From a virus: a stretch of DNA of 64,000 bases. The notes beneath the pieces are model-generated. The model was not told where the DNA came from. It was given only the letters and a program-made list of their open reading frames with translations, and ran no database searches. The first letter of the stretch is position 1; every line of letters starts with the position of its first letter. Location of the stretch: IMG/VR virus record IMGVR_UViG_3300028045_001344, positions 87,554 through 151,553 of that record; one strand, 5' to 3'. The position numbers and the translations under genes are program-made. Positions 32,466-40,854 of the stretch are shown here, piece after piece.

Positions 32466-33584
32466 TTATGAACGACCCCTTATGCTTTCAAGCGATGGTT
32501 GATGTTCCCAGTGCCAATGCTCGGATGCTATTCGTTTGAATCCAAAATCTTTGCCATGCGCAGCCAACCATTCGTAATTTTTGCCCGCTCCACGACGCTT
32601 ATTTTCCTTCGAAACGCCCAATGTATTGAGATCTAGTGCTACTCCACTTTGGTGGTTTGAATGGCCCGGCTTGTTGGCAGCGTTTCCATTTGAATTTTTG
32701 TATCGACAATAAAAATAGTCTTGTTCCTGCATCGTGCGAAAAGCACTTACTATTTCCAATGTAACATCATCCCTTGCCGCCGCATCTCTCATGCGAATAA
32801 AGTCCCTAGCAGCACGAACGTCCATAACCCACTTGCCAACTTTAGTAGCCTGAAATGTATACTGCTTTCCTTTTACAAACCCCTGTAAGCTAAAAGTTGC
32901 GCCGCTTGTGTCGGGTGCTGGCTCTCGTTTACATTTTCCGCCACCGTCGCCATCTGCGTTTGGAACCCACGCAGCACCTGTATAGCCATTTGCGAATGCG
33001 GGCCCGGGTCCGTTTAGTTTGTTTCCTTGGGCGTCAAAATGAGTTTTTGATTTATTTCCAACAGCTAATCCAATGGGATTTTCAAAAACTTTCCCCAGAT
33101 ATACTCCTCCCCTTCTCGTGGTTCGATCATCATAATCTACTCTTACGATGTCCCCAATACTTGGAACATCTCCACTTATTTCCTCATCAGCCGCAACAAA
33201 AGTGTTATATAACTGTACGACATCCCAGTCCAGTAGAGGTTCAGTCTTAAATGGATCAGGTAACATAGAATCTAAAAAAGGAATCCTAACTTTTATAGCC
33301 AGCAAAGGCTTAGGATTTTCTTCCGAATTGGAAAACATACGAGATACCCACCCTTCGCCACTATCCGCGTTATAAAGTTGTGTTATACCGATACATATAC
33401 CCTTGAGAGCCCCCAATCCAGACATAGTATCATAAGAATAAATTGTTTCCAGCGAGTTCTTGAGTGAATCAACACCAGAAGTTGTATCTGGATTATATGT
33501 CGGTCCCACGTTTGTGCGCGAAACATCATTGAGCTGGCCATAGCCAAAATTTAATATAAACTGTGGGGGCACCGGATCAGCCAT
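32466..33584 (-). CDS. gp5-like OB-fold fused to an M15B (VanY-like) peptidoglycan peptidase
   Basis: 372 aa; N-terminal IKVRIP..PSIGDIVRV..GVYLG; C-terminal SAFRT..Q, PGHSNHQSGVALDL and EHWHW. Confidence 0.75.
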   Translation of the reverse strand: MADPVPPQFILNFGYGQLNDVSRTNVGPTYNPDTTSGVDSLKNSLETIYSYDTMSGLGALKGICIGITQLYNADSGEGWVSRMFSNSEENPKPLLAIKVRIPFLDSMLPDPFKTEPLLDWDVVQLYNTFVAADEEISGDVPSIGDIVRVDYDDRTTRRGGVYLGKVFENPIGLAVGNKSKTHFDAQGNKLNGPGPAFANGYTGAAWVPNADGDGGGKCKREPAPDTSGATFSLQGFVKGKQYTFQATKVGKWVMDVRAARDFIRMRDAAARDDVTLEIVSAFRTMQEQDYFYCRYKNSNGNAANKPGHSNHQSGVALDLNTLGVSKENKRRGAGKNYEWLAAHGKDFGFKRIASEHWHWEHQPSLESIRGRS

Positions 33585-33880
33585 CAGCTTTCTTCTCCTA
33601 ATTCCTTAAATATCTCGTCTCTTTCTTCAGCCGTGAGAGCTGAATCTGATACTTGTTCTTTCTGTTTTAGCGAAGCTACTTTAACTAATTGCTCGTTGGA
33701 CCTTTGCAAAGTTTCAACATATTTTGCAGCAGTCGTGCCAACGTCTCGATGACGATCTTCCGAAGACGCCATATATTTAATAAGATCCCGTAATAGCTCT
33801 TGTGTCTGCTCGCGATCTGAACGAATATTATCTATCGCCTCGCTAGTGAGAGATTCAAAGTTTTTCCCTATTCGTGCCAT
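33584..33880 (-). CDS. Small coiled-coil hypothetical protein
   Basis: 98 aa; overlaps both neighbouring genes. Confidence 0.6.
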   Translation of the reverse strand: MARIGKNFESLTSEAIDNIRSDREQTQELLRDLIKYMASSEDRHRDVGTTAAKYVETLQRSNEQLVKVASLKQKEQVSDSALTAEERDEIFKELGEES

Positions 33881-34551
33881 TTCTTTTTTATTATAGAATA
33901 ATCTCTTCTAAACCTGTTCAAACTATTCAATATCTGCTTTGTGTTTAAATTTGTTATTTCCCTAATGTATAAATAAATAGCCTTCTTATTGAAAATTTCA
34001 ATGGCTTCTGGTTCTGAAAGCAAGATTTTGATTGCTTCTAAGACCTTGCGCTCATTGTCCTTAAGTGACTGCTTGTTCCACTTTTCAATTTCTATCCAAA
34101 GGTGCTCCATGTATTCTTTTTTCTCTCTATCTTCTTCGTAAGTATTATATACCGATAAGTGTTGAGATTCACAACTTTTAGAAATATCTTCAAAGGCGGA
34201 TTCGCGACGGCGCTGAATTGCTGTTTTTTTGATTTTTGCTATAAACCAATTTTTTGTTATAACGCTGAAATATGAGAAAGCCTTAGAACCCTTGGATTCA
34301 TCAAAATTGCTCAAAATGGTTATAAGATGTATTTCGCACTCATCTTTGAGCATGTGTATGTTGGGTAAATTAGTAAATTTATATGTGAAGACAATCTTGT
34401 TAATCATTTCAAGAAATACAGGGCGGATTACATCTCGGTATATTACATTACGATGAGATGGATCATCACAACCCTTATATTCTAAAATTGCATCTTCATG
34501 AACTTGGGTAAAATACTTCTTACCCTTCTTGCGACGTTTCTTCTTCGTCAT
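33868..34551 (-). CDS. Phage late-transcription sigma factor, T4 gp55-like
   Basis: 227 aa; LSNFDESKGSKAFSYFSVITKNWF matches sigma region 2 of gp55-type factors; lies immediately upstream of the structural module. Confidence 0.65.
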   Translation of the reverse strand: MTKKKRRKKGKKYFTQVHEDAILEYKGCDDPSHRNVIYRDVIRPVFLEMINKIVFTYKFTNLPNIHMLKDECEIHLITILSNFDESKGSKAFSYFSVITKNWFIAKIKKTAIQRRRESAFEDISKSCESQHLSVYNTYEEDREKKEYMEHLWIEIEKWNKQSLKDNERKVLEAIKILLSEPEAIEIFNKKAIYLYIREITNLNTKQILNSLNRFRRDYSIIKKKWHE

Positions 34552-34888
34552 TTTCCATATCCTCCGATGCCTGAAGTAATTGTTGTGCTAATTCTGGCTG
34601 TGTAAAGGAGTAAATTTCTTCATACCCCTTGAGATATTCTATCATCTCGTTTGTGTGGTCGAGGAGGGATTTCAATGTTTCATCGCCATAAAAGGTGGGC
34701 ATTTCGTAAACAGAACTCAAGTGCTCTCTGAACGCATCCATTAAGCTAAAAATTTCAGTGCTTGCTTCGGCGGCATTATAAACCGTCTCGATCTTCACCA
34801 AAGTATTTTTAGCATAACCAACCATAAAAATATTAATGAGAACAGAAATAGCGGCGAGGACCGAGAGAGAAATTATTGCATAACTCAT
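34520..34888 (-). CDS. Hypothetical membrane-anchored protein
   Basis: 122 aa with an N-terminal hydrophobic helix; ATGA overlap with the upstream gene. Confidence 0.6.
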   Translation of the reverse strand: MSYAIISLSVLAAISVLINIFMVGYAKNTLVKIETVYNAAEASTEIFSLMDAFREHLSSVYEMPTFYGDETLKSLLDHTNEMIEYLKGYEEIYSFTQPELAQQLLQASEDMENDEEETSQEG

Positions 34889-35151
34889 TTTTTATACCTC
34901 CTGGTTTTCAAGTCAGATTGATCCTGCTTCAATTCTTCTTTCGCTTCGGCGATGGCACTCTCCACAACGCTTCCAACTTTAGAATCTCCGCTAATTTTAG
35001 AATCTTTTTGGGCTATAAAAATCTCGCTTGGTATGCGGGCGATATAACCGTCTTCTCCACAATTTTTACAAATTGTATAAGTTTCGTGCAAGGAGTGGAA
35101 AATCTCAAAGTGTGAATCGCACTCGCTACAAATATAAGAATACCTAGGCAA
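34885..35151 (-). CDS. FmdB-family zinc-ribbon protein
   Basis: MPRYSYICSEC..FEIFH..CKNCG. Confidence 0.8.
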   Translation of the reverse strand: MPRYSYICSECDSHFEIFHSLHETYTICKNCGEDGYIARIPSEIFIAQKDSKISGDSKVGSVVESAIAEAKEELKQDQSDLKTRRYKK

Positions 35152-35335
35152 CTGTTTCCTGTTCTGGTTCTTTTACTTCTAATATGGGTGGGTTCTCCAC
35201 AACCAAGCCATCGGCTGTGCTTACCAAAACAAATTCTTTTAACATACCTGTTATGTCCGTTTGCTCCATTAAGCCTTTTTGAAGCGCCATCATTAGAGCC
35301 CCGATTGCTTGATTAGATAATTTATAGTTTGTCAT
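35144..35335 (-). CDS. Small hypothetical protein
   Basis: 63 aa; RBS AAGGAG; overlaps the next gene. Confidence 0.6.
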   Translation of the reverse strand: MTNYKLSNQAIGALMMALQKGLMEQTDITGMLKEFVLVSTADGLVVENPPILEVKEPEQETVA

Positions 35336-35344
35336 GTGTTCTCC

Positions 35345-36355
35345 TTATGCTTCATTGACATATAATAGATTCTTAATTCTTTCTGGTTCCCAGAAACCTT
35401 TATACCATAGTTTATCACTTAACTGATCTTTTTTTAAATCTTCTTTCATTGTATCAAGGATAAGATTTTCATAATGGTATAAGTATAATTCTTTGCCGTA
35501 GTACATCACACGTCGATCTTGTTCGTTTGCTCTGAGACATAAATCAACATCCTGATACGAAGCTTTAAGAGATGGACAAAAGCCACCGCTTTTCATATAC
35601 CACTCCGCGTCTATGATCAAAAAGGCGGCTGTTATAAACAATTCGCCTTTGTCGCAATTTACTTTTGGATCGTCCTTGGGATAACCTCGAAACATGTGTA
35701 AGGCAAATAATCCGGCTTCTCCTGGTCTTGGTCCAAACATCGAGCCAGCGTATTGAACCTTGTCTGCTCTATCGGGCTTATGATATAAAAAATCTTTGGT
35801 AGGATAAAGGAGCTTGGTTCCTGTGATTGTATTTTTGTTTTCAGTGTGCTTCTTATAAAGCACTGGTAACATCTCTGGATTATTTGTCCATAGATCTGAA
35901 CTCCACAAAATAATATCTTTTAGGTTTGGTGATTTCGTTTTCAGGGCGTGAGTTGCGAGATTGTGCAGCATTGAAAAATTAAATTGATTTGCGGTGTTAT
36001 CTACCCGCATATATGAACAGTCGCTTTCAAGAGCAATCGTTTTAATATGTTCTGTCTCTGAACGATCATCAACTATTAAGACGTTTGCAAAATCAAAAAT
36101 TTTGTTCTGCTTCATATTGTTCAAAGTAAATTGCAAAAGTTCTGCATTGTCCTTTATGCAAAGGAGGATGTGTGGTTTTTTATAATCGGTAGTTTCGGCT
36201 TCAATAAACTGACACTTGTATTCATTGGAAGTCGTTTTTAGATTATACGAATTAGAATAGAAGCTTTTTACCACATCATCTTCAGACTGTGTTACAGTGA
36301 ATTTGGATGGATTAATTTTCTTTTTAAAATTGTATACGTGTGTATGATTATTCAT
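35345..36355 (-). CDS. GT2-family glycosyltransferase
   Basis: LIVDDRS, FNFS..HN, LWSSD, GTKLLYP, YQDVDLCLR, YHYE. Start moved to ATG 36355 (RBS GAGGAG, overlaps the upstream stop). Confidence 0.8.
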   Translation of the reverse strand: MNNHTHVYNFKKKINPSKFTVTQSEDDVVKSFYSNSYNLKTTSNEYKCQFIEAETTDYKKPHILLCIKDNAELLQFTLNNMKQNKIFDFANVLIVDDRSETEHIKTIALESDCSYMRVDNTANQFNFSMLHNLATHALKTKSPNLKDIILWSSDLWTNNPEMLPVLYKKHTENKNTITGTKLLYPTKDFLYHKPDRADKVQYAGSMFGPRPGEAGLFALHMFRGYPKDDPKVNCDKGELFITAAFLIIDAEWYMKSGGFCPSLKASYQDVDLCLRANEQDRRVMYYGKELYLYHYENLILDTMKEDLKKDQLSDKLWYKGFWEPERIKNLLYVNEA

Positions 36356-38279
36356 TTTGCTCCTCAATGTAATATTTTTCTATATCATCTAAGACTTCTT
36401 TTGTATCCTCAAGGGTTTGATTCCCCAGTTGAGCACTTGGCTCCATTACGCACCCCTCTCCCCATTCATTCCATGAATTCATAAAAAGAAAGTTTTCAGA
36501 TTCATCAGGATTATCTTCGAGTAACGTATTATGTAACTGTTTCATTAGATAAAGCTTATATACTTCTCTTGATGTGCTAGAAAAAACATTAGCTTCAGAC
36601 TTTGAGCGTCTAGGGGTGTTATCCCAACCTGGGAAGAAGCCATTATAATAAGAGATATTTGCTTTGCGAACTTTTTCTCCTAATGTTGTATCTCGAATGG
36701 GAACATTTTTAGACCAGTTGATTAGTGTCTTTTGATTTCCTTTTGCCATAGTCATCTGATCGTAAAGGGCTTCTTTGTCAAAAATCGTAGAAACTCCTTT
36801 CCAATGTTCCAAAACTGATAAAGATTGATTGTGCCCCGAGAAATTAGGTTGAAATTCACACACACCATCCACACCATTAAATATCTCAGTTTCAAAATTC
36901 CCCAAACACTGAATTATGTAAATCCCATTCCAGCCTTGTTCCACGGCTCTAGTGTTCCACCACTCTATCATTTGAGGAAAAGGTTTAATATGCGGGGCGC
37001 GGTAAATTAAGAAAACAGGTTTATTGTTTATTTTTATATAATTCTTATGATTGAAGAAATGGAACAAATATTTAAAATGCTCATCCCACTCATTTATATT
37101 GCCATAACGTTGCTCAACCAGAACTTTGTCCTCTTTTCCATCCCAGTTTTTTGTCCAAGGTTCATTCGCCCAATTAAGACAAAAGGGTAGATCAGGTTCC
37201 CCATCTTTCAGCATTTTCTCCAAAGGCTTATATAACGCCCGACGGCCATTGAACCAATAATGATGATAACAAAATCCATAAACGCCCGCTTCTTTTGCCA
37301 AACGTGCTTGCAGCGCACGAGTTTCTTTATTCATTAGATCGTAATAGCCCAAAGCTGAGTGTGGATTCAAAAACTTTTGGTTATTAAACTTTGGCTTGGC
37401 TTTCCTTAGATTATCCCATTCAGTAAATCCGTCGCCCCATAAAATATCATTTAAATCCGATTGGTGATATTGAGGAAAATAAAAAGAAATAATTTTTGGC
37501 TTTGAGGTGGCAACCTTTTTGATGGGAAGAAGAAACAATGTGTATTTCATATGACGAACAATGGCGGAGAAAAATCTCTCGAAAGCATGAGCCATTGTCC
37601 CGTCTAGTGGTGGGGAGCCTTGAAAACTTTCAAAATTATTTAAATCACACGTATGCTTTTTAAAAAAGTTTAAAATATCTCCACGTACCCAGAACATTGT
37701 ACCTGCCACAAAACTCTTGGACTGAGGGTATGAAGCTTTGGGGCTGATTTTATATTTTTTACATAACTTTTCATAGTTTGCTTCGTTTGCGCCCATATCT
37801 TGGCACACATAATTTGCACAAGAAATCATCCCAACATCATGCTTCTGTTTGAAAATATCTACTATCTCTTGGATGCGCTCTGGGGTTCCTAAGAGAGTAT
37901 CTAATAAATCTTTCGTCCATTGATCCCCGGCTACTTCAAAAGGGTTGGTATTGTGTTTGCCCTTCTTAGTGTGAATTTTACATATATAATCATATCTTTT
38001 TTTAAGATTATTCGCGTGGTTTGCGGAGACTGTAAAGCCACCGGGGTCCATTCCCTTGTTTTGGGAAATAGTATAGTAGAAATTATCGCCTTTCAGGTTT
38101 TGATATAGTTCGATTATTTTAGATATGTTACGTGAATTTTGTAGGCCGTCTTTTGTGTCGCGGCTAAAATTTACATACAGATCATATTCGAAAGGGATGT
38201 TTTCTAAATATGTATTGATTTGAGGTAACACATCCAAGTGAAAGGCGTGTATAAAAACGGCAACTTTTGGTGAATTCAT
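36348..38279 (-). CDS. Fusion: RgpF (rhamnan synthesis F)-like domain plus WbsX/GH99-like domain
   Basis: N-terminal half: VAVFIHAF, KIHTKK, FVAGTMFWVR, DGTMAHAFER. C-terminal half: FYFPQYH, GFTEW, GFCYHHYWF, WANEPW, PGWDNTPR, NSWNEWGEG. Confidence 0.85.
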   Translation of the reverse strand: MNSPKVAVFIHAFHLDVLPQINTYLENIPFEYDLYVNFSRDTKDGLQNSRNISKIIELYQNLKGDNFYYTISQNKGMDPGGFTVSANHANNLKKRYDYICKIHTKKGKHNTNPFEVAGDQWTKDLLDTLLGTPERIQEIVDIFKQKHDVGMISCANYVCQDMGANEANYEKLCKKYKISPKASYPQSKSFVAGTMFWVRGDILNFFKKHTCDLNNFESFQGSPPLDGTMAHAFERFFSAIVRHMKYTLFLLPIKKVATSKPKIISFYFPQYHQSDLNDILWGDGFTEWDNLRKAKPKFNNQKFLNPHSALGYYDLMNKETRALQARLAKEAGVYGFCYHHYWFNGRRALYKPLEKMLKDGEPDLPFCLNWANEPWTKNWDGKEDKVLVEQRYGNINEWDEHFKYLFHFFNHKNYIKINNKPVFLIYRAPHIKPFPQMIEWWNTRAVEQGWNGIYIIQCLGNFETEIFNGVDGVCEFQPNFSGHNQSLSVLEHWKGVSTIFDKEALYDQMTMAKGNQKTLINWSKNVPIRDTTLGEKVRKANISYYNGFFPGWDNTPRRSKSEANVFSSTSREVYKLYLMKQLHNTLLEDNPDESENFLFMNSWNEWGEGCVMEPSAQLGNQTLEDTKEVLDDIEKYYIEEQNE

Positions 38280-38677
38280 TTCTCCAAGTATTTTACCACT
38301 TTATCATGAATTTTTGAATCAACATTTTCTTTCCACGAATCATCCTCGTTATTTATTTGATTGCGAATTTGTGTTGCCGAAATAAAGCCAATATCTTTCG
38401 GTGGAACATGTTCAACAATTCCATATCCAACTCCGCGTCCATAATTGACCGATTCAATATCTGGTATGGATAAAATTTCAACATCGTCATCGGCATACGC
38501 AGTTTCTAGCATATCAATAGTTTGCTCAGTTGTAAATGGATTTTTTTCATCAGGAGGAATATCTCTTACGCAAATAAGAACAGGCACTCCTTGATTTAGT
38601 TTTTGACCGATAAGCCATTTGTGACCATTGTGTAAAGGTTGCCACCTACCTATAAACATTGCTCTTTTGTTATTCAT
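38276..38677 (-). CDS. Small HIGH-superfamily nucleotidyltransferase; candidate minimal ATP sulfurylase
   Basis: 133 aa; FIGRWQPLHNGH, YGRGVG, ISATQIR; in the same operon as cysC and the sulfotransferases. Confidence 0.75.
   Translation of the reverse strand: MNNKRAMFIGRWQPLHNGHKWLIGQKLNQGVPVLICVRDIPPDEKNPFTTEQTIDMLETAYADDDVEILSIPDIESVNYGRGVGYGIVEHVPPKDIGFISATQIRNQINNEDDSWKENVDSKIHDKVVKYLEK
38356..38404. repeat. Direct repeat (3' part of the nucleotidyltransferase gene); second copy at 39870..39918
   Basis: Core tgtgttgccgaaataaagccaatatcttt(c/g)ggtgg is 34/35 identical. Confidence 0.9.
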
Positions 38678-39042
38678 TTATTTTCTCCTTGTTCAATGAA
38701 ATCAATTGTTTTGTGCCATGCGTTCGGATCTGTTTTATCGAACCTGATAGCATGGTCATCAATATAATATTTGGCTGGTTGTTTGATGTTTGTAACATCA
38801 TCAAAGAAATGAGATAAATTATATTTTTCCAGCCACTTCCTAATAGGTTTAACTGGTCGGCTTGATACTATTATCAAACGATAGCCAGCATCCTTTAGCT
38901 TTTGTAAAGAAGGAATAGAGCCTGGCATTGGTGGATCGTAAGCATTATCTAGACCTTGAAATCCTTTGGAATATTGATGAATGACTCCATCAAAATCTAT
39001 TGCAATAGTATTGTTTTTAAATTCTGTTCCAACTTCCTTCAT
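38674..39042 (-). CDS. Small capless HAD-superfamily phosphatase (intact copy)
   Basis: 122 aa; motif I DFDG, motif II VSSR, motif III K, motif IV YIDD. Confidence 0.8.
   Translation of the reverse strand: MKEVGTEFKNNTIAIDFDGVIHQYSKGFQGLDNAYDPPMPGSIPSLQKLKDAGYRLIIVSSRPVKPIRKWLEKYNLSHFFDDVTNIKQPAKYYIDDHAIRFDKTDPNAWHKTIDFIEQGENK
38771..39042. repeat. 272-bp direct repeat (HAD gene); second copy at 39911..40182
   Basis: Ungapped alignment at offset 1140; about 31 mismatches by hand count (~89% identity), mostly synonymous. Confidence 0.95.
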
Positions 39043-39818
39043 CTTATATCCTCAATCGAATATTTATAACATTCTATGTCTTCCCTATATTTTTTATTAA
39101 CCAAAGAAATACATTTATCATTATAAAAGCATATATCAGGCGGAAGTGCATTATGTGGCAAATCTGACCATTTCCAACAAGAGACATTTTTTTTCCACTC
39201 AATGTCCTTCGTAGCAAAACGTCCGGTCATATAATTCATCTCTCTCAGGATGTTGGGATCAAAAGAAGTCCCAAAGGATATATTGACTTTGCTTATATCT
39301 TTTTCAATTTGTTCCAATTTACACACATGATCAAAGAAGTTTTCATATTTATCTTCTATAGATCTTTTTTGCGGTTGCCAATGTTGATCATCCTTTTTCT
39401 TATTACTTATGACCTCTAAAAATTCCACAAAGGACAAATCATCGCCCAAATTATTACGACCTGATATTTGCTTCTTGCGCCCGAACGCATGTCGATAAGA
39501 ACTTACAGCCCGACTAAAAGGATTTCTTACTATTTTTAGCGTTAAAATTTGTGGTGATAACACTTCGTCTAAAAATAAAGGCTTGACTTTTGTTTTATAA
39601 TATTCGTGATTACGGTACTTGTGAATCCAAATATATTTTTTTAAAGCATATTCTAAAACACCAATTTCCTTGTAAAACATTAACATCACTAAGACACTTC
39701 CACACTTCGCATTCCAATCTATAAAAATTTTTTTTTCAAAATCATAGAGAGGGGGCGGTCCACCAAGCCATGGAAATATTTTTTGACGCGGATTATAAAA
39801 AACTTCTCTACCCTTCAT
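39039..39818 (-). CDS. Sulfotransferase, Sulfotransfer_2 (carbohydrate sulfotransferase) type
   Basis: 5'-PSB WNAKCGS, 3'-PB VRNPFSRAVSSY, LSFVEFL, HWQPQ. Start moved to ATG 39818 (RBS AAGGGG). Confidence 0.85.
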   Translation of the reverse strand: MKGREVFYNPRQKIFPWLGGPPPLYDFEKKIFIDWNAKCGSVLVMLMFYKEIGVLEYALKKYIWIHKYRNHEYYKTKVKPLFLDEVLSPQILTLKIVRNPFSRAVSSYRHAFGRKKQISGRNNLGDDLSFVEFLEVISNKKKDDQHWQPQKRSIEDKYENFFDHVCKLEQIEKDISKVNISFGTSFDPNILREMNYMTGRFATKDIEWKKNVSCWKWSDLPHNALPPDICFYNDKCISLVNKKYREDIECYKYSIEDIR

Positions 39819-40182
39819 CTTGTTCCCCTTGAATATAAAGCTGATTTTGAATGGTTGACCACAATGGGTTTTGATTGTAAATATGTGTTGCCGAAATAAA
39901 GCCAATATCTTTGGGTGGTTGTTTGATGTTTGTAACATCATCAAAAAAATGAGATAAATTATATTTCTCTAGCCAATTCCTAATAGGTTTAACTGGTCGG
40001 CTTGATACTATTATCAAACGATAGCCTTCATCCTTTAGCTTTTGTAAAGAGGGGATGGCACCGGGCATTGGTGGATCATATGCATTGTCCAATCCCTGAA
40101 ATCCTTTAGAATACTGATGAATAACGCCGTCAAAATCTATTGCAATAGTATTATTTTTGAATTCTGTTTTAACTTCAATCAT
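39808..40182 (-). pseudogene. Chimeric HAD copy lacking motif IV, fused in frame to a nucleotidyltransferase fragment
   Basis: Matches 38674..39042 up to TNIKQP, then continues PKDIGFISAT from 38276..38677; YIDD is lost. Confidence 0.7.
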
Positions 40183-40849
40183 TTAATATTACCAATTTCC
40201 CATATACCTTTTCTTCTATTTTAGACCAAGCAGGATTATTTTTGTATATGGTGTTGATATCCTCTTGTGTAAACCACTCGTTAAGATTTTTTTTATATTT
40301 CTTGTTCTTTACGTTTACATTTGCTTTAATACTTTTAATTTTCTTTTTTCTATCTTCATCAATTTCCGTAAAATTACTTGCAACCTTGATAAAATCTTCT
40401 GCCAGATAATCAGTCCGTATCCAATAATCAACTTCGTGAGAACTGAAGGAGGCGAGCCATTCATCTCCTGTGTGGATTTTGAACAACTTACCATCGGAAT
40501 GAATCTGCTTGATTTTTCCTTGTCTCAGAAACTCGTATTGTTCTTCATCGAAAGGTTGTTTTATGTTATTTAGACCATAAGTATCAAAATGAAAACACCA
40601 ACTTAAAATCCAATATGGTAGTGGGCGTATATTTAAGATCTTCTTTTTGTTGGAGAAATCTTTACCAAGATTCTCTGCCATGTAATTAAATCCAGCATGT
40701 TGAATTCCTATGTGCTTATGTTTCTTCGGAATTGGAGTGTGTCCATTATAATATTTTATCAGTGATGGAAACAATAAAAACATATCGGCGGTCGATGACC
40801 CCGCAGTTTTTGGTATATGACCCCATACAAATTTTTCTCCATATATCAC
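40175..40849 (-). CDS. Sulfotransferase-family protein
   Basis: 224 aa; HIPKTAGSS (5'-PSB) and IRPLPYWILSW (3'-PB-like). Confidence 0.75.
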   Translation of the reverse strand: MIYGEKFVWGHIPKTAGSSTADMFLLFPSLIKYYNGHTPIPKKHKHIGIQHAGFNYMAENLGKDFSNKKKILNIRPLPYWILSWCFHFDTYGLNNIKQPFDEEQYEFLRQGKIKQIHSDGKLFKIHTGDEWLASFSSHEVDYWIRTDYLAEDFIKVASNFTEIDEDRKKKIKSIKANVNVKNKKYKKNLNEWFTQEDINTIYKNNPAWSKIEEKVYGKLVILND

Positions 40850-40854
40850 TCTAC

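Noticed and set aside
765-33375. Many 60-130 aa ORFs in the track that are antisense to, or nested in, the large structural genes
   Set aside because: They lie entirely within long motif-bearing genes and show no recognisable motifs; treated as shadow ORFs.
10361-33584. Bacterial contractile injection system (eCIS/tailocin) within a cellular chromosome
   Set aside because: The gp55-like sigma, PIN-PhoH, Cas4-like nuclease, single-strand packing and absence of housekeeping genes fit a large phage better.
33584-33880. Small terminase subunit
   Set aside because: Size and helicity fit, but no specific motif or adjacent large terminase supports the call.
39819-39944. N-terminal extension of the 301-aa sulfotransferase ORF in the track
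   Set aside because: It overlaps the chimeric HAD copy in another frame; ATG 39818 has an RBS and fits the coupling pattern.
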